In this document: one piece after another, positions 42,001 to 51,000 of the stretch
How the letters are laid out: every line of letters begins with the position of its first letter
Numbering within the stretch: the stretch's first letter is position 1
From: an uncultured Planctomycetales bacterium
Lineage (GTDB): Bacteria > Omnitrophota > Gorgyraeia > Zapsychrales > GWA2-47-8
Direction of reading: 5' to 3'
Assembly: GCA_964499685.1 (NCBI GenBank)
Contig: CAZCLW010000001.1
Coordinates: 119,859-183,858 of the forward strand
DNA: 64,000 nucleotides
Notes under the pieces: model-generated
The model's database searches: none
What the model was told of the DNA's origin: nothing
The model's input: only the letters and a program-made list of their open reading frames with translations
Program-made: the position numbers and the translations under genes

Positions 42001-45000
42001 AATCAGGGAATTCACCGTTATTGAGTTAGATGTACCGGGAAAGGTCAATGCCATGAATGCCGCTGCTGAATACGCTAAAGGAAAGGATTCTGATGTAATC
42101 GGGTTCATTGATGATGACGTACGGTTCCTGGATGAAAATATGCGTTTAGACCGGACTGTATTCATACGCAGCGTTCAGCATTTGGTCGACACCAAAGAAG
42201 CTTATTTTGTGGGGCCGGACCTTCACATTCTCGCTTCTGAAAATCGCAGCGGCCTGATCACCCGGGCCGAGCAGGCCTACCGCGAACGCCGCGCGCATTT
42301 GGCGCTAAGGTTCCCGGTGGGCGCCGCCATGTTCATGCTGACCAAAACTTTCGCGCCCATGCCTTCTTCAACGATCAGCGATGATATGGCATTGCGTTAT
42401 TATTATGGCGATCCTTATATATTGGAACAGCGCGTTCAAGTCGTGCCCAAAACAGCCGTATACGCCCGCGGCGAAGGAAGTTTCGGGGAGTATTGGAAAC
42501 GCCGTTTCCGCTTGAGCGTCGGGAATAAACAAGCCGAAGACTTCTATAGGGAGAAATACGATGCCATAAGAAAGCTGCGGCCTGCCCTTTCCTCATTTTG
42601 GTTAAGGACCTATCTCTCTGGATTGAATAAGCAGCAAAGAGGTGAGGCCCTGAAAAATCTTTTTGTGCTCCTGATGGCCGGCGGCTGGCTGCCGATCCAC
42701 ATTTATGTTGTTCTGCGTACGCGTTTCAGAAAAATCCTTCATCTTGATCCCTACCGCACCAAATGGCACGCCGTATCTTCATCGACTCAATGGGAAACCT
42801 CTTCAAAGCAAGTGAATGTCCTGGCCTGGCCGGTCATGGCCGGGACGGTGGTCTATCTCTACCCGTCCCTCGTGACGCTTGCCGTGATAGTCGTTCTCAG
42901 TATACCGTTTCTGGTCTATTGGTTCAGAAAAGAAAAAGCCCATCGGCCCCGTCATGAATTGACCGCCAAACAGGAAGAGGCTTGGAGCTATGACCGCGCC
43001 GTCGACTGGGACCTTTACGGTGCCGTCGAGGTCCGCGCCCTTCTCAGACGTCTGGAAGAGGAGAACAAGCTAGGGGAAGTGATCGTCGATGCGGGATCTT
43101 CTTATAGCCCGGTGACCCGCTTATTGAAAGATAAAAAGGTGATTGCCGTTGATGTAGCGGCCATGAAGCCCAGTGAAAATATCCGGTCCGCCGTTGCCAT
43201 ACCTGTTGATTCGCCCACGATCCTTCTGCAAGGAAATATCCAGCAGCCGGAAAAGATCACGGCGATCGAGGAGGCCCGTTCTTTGCTTGGCGCCGCTGAG
43301 CACATTAAAAATCTTGATGAATTATTGGGTACGCGCGTCGATACGGTAGTTCTTTCCCGTATCCTCAATTATGTGGATTACGAGCATGTTATCGCAAAAG
43401 TCATTGCGTGGCTTAAACCGCAGGGCCGCTTGATCGTGGCGAATGATACCCGTCAGGGATCGCGCCGGCGGTTCAGTTCCGGCGGCCTGAAGAACAACCG
43501 GCGGTTCGTGGCCTTTTTGAAGTCGCAGGGCTTTGCGATCGAAGAGCTCGCCCCTGATCCCGTCGGAAAACGTAAAGATGTCATGCTTGTTGCCCGTTAT
43601 GATCCCGGCGAGGTTCTGTTCGGACACCAGGGTCATGCCCAGGGAGAGCATAAGTTGTCTTTGGAAATAAGGACGGCGGATCCCAAGCAGTGGATACGGC
43701 AGCGTTTGGTTCCTGCTTACCTACACGAGGGTTTCAAATTAAGTCTGGCTCTTAACGAGCCTAATTATTTGCGCTTTGCCCTCAACCCTGTTGAGGCGCA
43801 GAGTGATGATGATTTACGCATGTTGGTCCACCTTAAAGCCCAAGAGGATATTGTTTACATGTACGGTGGAAAATTGCGCGACCGGCGCGGCAAACTGAAC
43901 TGGCGGGTGATCGAAAGATACCTCAAGGAAGCCTTGTTCCCGTTCCTGCTTTCCCGCGGATTCAAGATGGTCTATGTTCCGATCGTGCATAAACATGCCA
44001 AAGCGCGCCTTATCAACATGGGCTTCAGGCGCCATGGCGACGGAACGCTAAAATATGAATTGGCGCCGGACCTTCTTCCGGAAGCGAAGGGCTCGCTCAG
44101 CGGAATGGGTTTCGCCGTCGTCCCGCTGTTTGCTGGCATGCCTGACGGCATGGTGAGTTTATTGATCACATTCATGGTGTTTGCTATCGGAATGATGTGG
44201 ATGGTCAGCGGAAACGGGAACGGATACGGCCCGCGGCGGGAACGCCTGCGCAGATTGTTCGTCCAGAAGAACCTTAATCCCAAGACCGCGAAGGGCGACC
44301 GGACCGCGCATGTTTATTCGGTGACAACGGTCAACCCTGCCGAGAAACTGATCTTCCATACGGCGCAATCCGATAAGGGGATCGAGCGGCTGGAGAACAG
44401 CTTTGATATTCTGCACGCGCTGCAGTCGGAAGGAAGGCGCGAAGATCTTCCTCATCTCTTAACGCCCATCCGGCGGTGGGAGCCAACCACGATTGACGGT
44501 AATAATTTGCGGCTGTTTGAGATGGACCGCGACGGCGAACAGCACGGATTTATCACCAACTATGTCTCGGGAGTGAACGGTTATCGGGTCCTGTTCAGGC
44601 ATGTTGTTCAATTTTACGGCGCGCCGACGGCCTGGCAATGGCTGGTCTCCTCGGCCGAAGTCCTGGCTTTCTTGCATAAACGAAGCGACGGTAAACCTTC
44701 CATCGTGCACCGCGACATCAAGCCGGGTAATTATGTCATTGATGTGATCGACGGGAAGATTTCCGTTGTGCTGATCGACTTTGAGTCAGCGGTCGAAGCA
44801 GGAAGACGTTTTAACGACCGGGAAGAGATACATCTTTTCACTGAGGATTTCTCGGAACGGGAACTTGCCAGACGGGGCGTGCCTCTCGTATCTTTTGATC
44901 AGACCGCGCGTCACGCGTTTGATATTTTCGGCTGGGGGATGACAACCTACTATTGGATGACAGGGGACTTTCCGTACGCCGCCGCCAAAAGTATGAACAT

Positions 45001-48000
45001 TGCCACCTTGTTCAGGGCTTGGAAAAGAAGATTATTGCGGGCCGGGGCTTCTGCGTCTACTCCTGTCATCCTCAGGGCCATGATGCCGTTCCGCGATATG
45101 CGTTACCGCTCCATGGACCATGTGGTAAGGGACCTGCATAAACTCGGCCAGGCGCAGGGATTAATCGTCCCTAACGGCGATAACGGCAAAGAACATAGAC
45201 CGCTGGGTTTTGCGCCGAGAGGGTTCTTGTCATGGCTCTACTCCATTCTTCCCGACGGGGCTCTCGGATTTCCGTTCCGCGTGGCGTTGGCGGGGATCGT
45301 GATCCCGATCTGGGAAGGTATCAAAGATTTTGCGTTGCCGTCCTTAATCCTTGTCTTAAGGCGCAAGGTGAGTTTGTTCGATGTCAAGGGCCTTATACGG
45401 ATCATGCACCGCTTTAGGGCCATGCATGAGGACCAATTTTTTGTTGCCAACAGCCGTGTTGCCTTCCATAAAAATGATTTTACCGAGGAAGAACAACAAA
45501 GAATCAACAGGGCCATCCGGTCCTTCTCACGGATCTTTATCCTGCCCTATTTAGTATGGCTGAGGTGGATGCGCGGCTGGATGGTCTTTGTCGGCGTGAT
45601 CAACGCCTACCTGGGCGTGGTCGCTCTGGCGATAGGAAGGCCCATATTTCCTTATCCCTTCGCTCTTTTTGCAACGGCCTTTATTCTGGTCCTGCCGATC
45701 ATCCTGGCGACGGTCCATTCCGTCGTTCTTCACATTTCTTACAACCTTTCCGTCTTGCTTTTAGACGAAATAATCCCGCTGGCCATGGCCAGTCCGCTTA
45801 AAGAAAAACGCGGAAAATTGATCAGAAAAGTCATAGCCGACTTAAAAAAGAAGGGCGTTAAACCATTGGCCACGGCGGTTACAGAAGAGATCCGGAGGAG
45901 GGCCGCTGAAAATTCTAAGATAGAAGAGTTGACATTCGATCAAGTCTGGAGCACGGCCGAGGAATTAGGTATTGAATTTGAGACACGGTCCATCGATAAA
46001 AAGGAACGTGTTAAACAGATCAAGCGATTGGCGGAAGATTTTCTCGCCAAGAATAAGCGCAAGCCAACGCTTCACGAAATGGTCGATCTGCTTAACACGG
46101 ACAACAAAGGTACGGATGTCACGTATCAAAATTTGTTCAAGTGGTTTGAGGGCCATGATGTCGATTATCAGCGCTTGGGCATCGTGAAAGTCGAGCGCAG
46201 CATGGAAAATTCCCTAAGCCAGATCGTCGAAGCCGCCCGCGCGCTCCAAGAGGAACGGTCGAGCAATGAGATCACGATGGCGGAGATCAGGAAAAAAATG
46301 GGTGTTAAGAATGCGGCTTTCTCAAATCGTCTCAGAAGATTGAGGGAAGCCGGCAAGGATGCCCAGGCCGAATTAATTGCGGCCGGGTTTGTGTTCAAGC
46401 AACCGCCGCCCAAGCGGGTCAAGCCGCCGAAGGCCCAAAGGGAAAAGAAGACGCCGGTCATGAAAGTCCGCAAGGTCCGGATCCCCAAGGAAAAGCGTCA
46501 AGGTGTGGGGAAGGGCCAGCCTCTTCACGTGCGCAAATTGATCCGCCGGGGAGAATTTGAAGAGGCTGAGAGGATATTGAACGAATGGGATGAAAATAAG
46601 ATGGGATCGGTCAAGACCAACGCGAAATTACGTCAGGAGCTTGAGGCGCAGAAGATCGCTGGTCCTGTCCCTGTCCATGTTCCTAAAAAACGGGAACGGG
46701 TTGTCCGCGTCAAAAAGCCCGGCGTGGGGCGGGGGAACATCGGCCGTATCCGCAAAATGATCCGTCTGGGAGAATTTAACGACGCGGAAGCCATGTTAAA
46801 CGATTGGGAGGCAAAGCAATTGCTGCCGGCGTCGCAGATTGCCGGATTCCGAGAGAGCCTAGCAGCCGGAAAAATAAAAGCGGAACAGGAAAACGCTGAG
46901 CGAGAAAGATTGGAGGCCGAGCGTGTTTTAGAAATTGAACGCGCGAGAAGGGCTGAAAAAGAAAGATTGGCGGCCGAGATCGCAGAAGCCGAATTCAAAA
47001 TGAAAGCTGACTCGGAAAGACTTCAAGACGCCGCGGAGCAATTAAGGACGGCCCAGGAAGAAAGATTGAATTTGGCCAGAGAGCAATTAAGCAGGCAGGA
47101 GGAAGCTTTGCGGGCCGGGTCGGGCAATTTGCGCCGGCAGCTGAACGATCATCGTGCGGCCTTGGAGGATCTCGAAAGAAGATTGGAAGAACAGGGCCAG
47201 CGTTTACAAAGGAGAGTGCAGGCCCTGCAAAGAGAAGAAGAAAGGAAACAGAAAGAGATCGTCCAGCTTATCGAGCGGATCAATGAGCATTTAACCCAAC
47301 ATATTTTCTTTGAGGCGGGAGCGCGCAGGGCCTTAACGCGGCTCAAAGAACTTTTGCCGGGCGACGATGAGCGCTTGGCAGTCCTTGAAAGCAAATTAAA
47401 CGAAAGAGCGGTATTGGAGCGGGACAACGCCATTATCCGGGCCATGTGGGATGCAATTGAAAAGCAGGAGTTCGATCCGAATGCGGCCGGTAACGCCATT
47501 GAAAAGCTGAGGAAAGGTTTGAGCCGGGACCGCCCTGAAATTGTCCGCATCCGCGAAGCCTTGGTCGTAAGAGACCGAATGGAGAGGGGAATTTACGAGC
47601 AGACCGTTAAGGTCAAACCTATCGGAAAAGCTGTGCCGCTCAAGAAGGCTGATGAAAAATCTGCACAAGCACCGACCATCGAGCAATTGATCGAGAAGGG
47701 CGATTATGGCACCGCCCGCGCAGTCCTGGGCGGTCTATCCGAAGAAGATCGGCTGCAATGGGAAGAAAGAATAAATATAGAAGAAGGGTGGCTCGAGATC
47801 GTCAATTTGATCGCTGCCATCCGACGGGAGATCGTGCATTTGCCCGATACAGGTGACATCACCGAAGAATTGAATGCTCTTAACCGCAGTATCGACCGGC
47901 TCAAAGAACTGGAAGAGAAACATCCCTATTCCAAAGACCGGGAAAAAATGGCCCACATGGAATTGAGGGAAAAGGTGCAGGCCATCCAGGAAAAATGGAA

Positions 48001-51000
48001 TAAACGTAAGGCCGATATCGAACGCCTCCGCGCGTTGATGGACAAGGAATCAAAGAAGAAAAAAGATTCATGGGTTAAGCCCAAAGGGAAACCGTTGTAC
48101 GCCATTGCGTTCCCGTTGTACGGCCTTGCGGCTTTAGACCCTGCACAGATGTTCTCGGCCGACATGCAGTCCATTTTCGGAATTTTATTTGCGGTTTTTG
48201 CTGCTTTTACGGTATTTGCCGTGTCGGGAGGAAAAGGGAGGAAGAACGAAAATATTGATGAACGACTCACTATTTTATTAAAAGCAGCCGGTTCTTTCAT
48301 CAAGCATGCGCCCGACGGCCGTGTGGAAATATGGGCAGCCAGCCGCGATTGGTTCCTGGAGCAGTGGGGGCGTGATACTTTTATCGCTTTGCCAGGACTT
48401 CTTTTGGTCACGGGCAGATTTGAGGAAGCAAAGAATGTCATCGCCGGTTTTGCCCGGTATGAAAATAAGGGACTTCTCCCTAATCGTATTTTACCGGGCG
48501 ATCAAATTATGGAATATAACAGTGCGGACGCGCCCCTATGGTTTATGCAGGCAGTCAAAGAATACCTTAATTACACAAGCGATTGGGATTTCCTCATGGA
48601 AAATGACGGTCTGATTTTACGGACGATGCGCAACATCATTTTTCATTATAAAAACGGAACAGATTATCGGCGGCATGGAAAAGAGCGGCGTATAACCATG
48701 GATGAAATTGATGGATTGATCATCAGTCCGTCCCAAGCCACCTGGATGGATGCCGATCCGAACGGACAAGATCGTCCCGTCACACCGCGCGACGGGAAAG
48801 CGGTCGAGATCAACGCGCTCTGGTATCTCAATCTGAGGTTTATGGTCGAGGTTGGAATAAAATTCGGTGATATCAACAGTGCGGCAGAGCATCAAAAGCT
48901 TGCCGATAAAGTCAGAAGATCATTCAATGAAAAATTTTGGAATCCGGCCTTTGAGCATGATCCGTCAGCGACTCCTCTGTTCGATGTTATAGAGGGGGAC
49001 CCGCATAAAGGCGCCATCCGTCCGAACATGCTTTTTGCCGTCGGCCGCACAAGCGACCTTCTTTCCATTGAGCGCCGGAAAGCGGTTGTTGATGTGGCCA
49101 CCCAAGAACTGCTCACGCCTTACGGCTTGCGCACGTTATCGCCGCGCGATTCGCATTACCATGACGTCTACGACACGACAGCGCCCGTTGAGATCAAAGA
49201 CCAGGCTTATCATCAGGGGACTGTCTGGCCGTGGCTCATCGGTATTTATATCGACAGTCTGGCGCGTGTCCGAAAACTTGAGCGGGAAGAAGTTCGAAGA
49301 TTGCTTGACCCTCTCCTTGAGTTCCTGATGAGCAGCCCGGCAGGGTCTTTACCGGAAGTTTTTGACGGCGGCGATATCAGCGGCATTCAGCCGCAAAAAC
49401 CCGGCGGGACCTCTTCGCAGGGTTGGAGCGTGGCCGAGGTCCTGCGTGTCGCGGGAGAGTATGGCCTTGCTGGTCTCGGGCCAGGCCGGACCCGCGATGA
49501 ACAAGAAGCGGCTGAGGTCGACAAGCGGTTGCTCGTCGATGAACTTGTAGGATTTTGGAAGAATTTGACCCCGGGACAGATGTTCGCTTTGATGAAAAAG
49601 GACTTGCCGGGAGAAGAAATCAATAAAAGGTCCAGAGCCTTGATCAAGGAGACGTGGGGGGCCGAGGACAGCAATGAATATGGCCCGGAATTGTTCGGCT
49701 ACAGGATGACCCCGGACCAGCTCAATGATATTTTTGACAAAACGGGAATAAGGGCCGGAGATACGGTCCTTGAAATCGGGCCGGGATGTTCGCCCTTGAG
49801 CATGATCGCCGCTTTACGCGGGGCCCATGTGACGGTCATTGAAGCATTTGAATTGTTTGCGATCCGCCAGCATGTCATGTTTGAACATAACCGCACGGCG
49901 ATCGAGCTTGCGGGCGGAAGCTTCGACTATATGGTAGGCGGCATCTTTAGAGAAGATGTGCAGGCTAAACTGGCGGATAGAAAATTCGATCACATTATTA
50001 TTTTAAATGTCCTGAACCCTCGTGACGTAACCGATCCGCGGTTATCGGCGATAGCGGGATCGTTAGGAGAAACAGACCTCACATCACCGCATTTTGGGAT
50101 CCTTGACGCACAGGAAGTGGGTAAAGTGTTAAAAGAGATTGCACGTAGAAAGGCCCCTTCCGCAGGATCCATACTGTTCAATGTCAATACTTCCTACTCT
50201 TTCAGCATGTCCCGGATGTTAAACCTGATGACGGAATTTAAGGGTTGGCTAACGGCTGAGGGCGTTAAATTATCTTCGGTTGCCGGATTGACCTGGACAC
50301 CCCTCGGCGAACACACGGCTGTAGTTTGGCCGACCGAAGGTATAAATGAGAATAAAAATGCAGGACAAATACTTCCAGGTATCAATTTATCATGGGGTTT
50401 CCTTGCCCTGGATCCAATGGGGATGTTCAAGCCGGGGATGGAGAAGTTCTTCGGCACCGTCTTTTTATTGGGCCTGATTTTCCTGGGATGGTTTATCTTT
50501 CATTGGTGGAAAAACTACCCATTAAGAAGAATACGAAATATAGTCCGTCAATACCGTCTCGGGGCGTTTGATCTTCCTGTGGCGTTGGCATACTTGGCGA
50601 AAGACAGTGCGTATTTTGACATAACTCTTTTCCATGAAGGCCCGGAAACCAAGATCAAGGCTTTGATAAGGAATATTTGGAAACAATCGACGGGCGAGCC
50701 GTTGCCTTCTTGGGTAGAGATACGGAAATCCACAACTGCGTTGACGCCCAATCAGATCAGGGAATATGTAAAAAAGGTAGAGTTTCAAAAACTCGCCTTT
50801 GGTCTACATAATATGGCCTTCATTGTGAGCTTGAGGGCCAAGCAGGCGGATACGATTGAGTATTTAAGAAGGCTTTCGTATGGGATGACCTTGAGGGACG
50901 CCCGCAATTCCATTGCCTTCAAGGCTGAGGTCCTTGTAGACTCTTTGGGCCGAACCGGGCAGATCCGGTGGGTGGACGGCCGGATCACCACGTACCGTTG

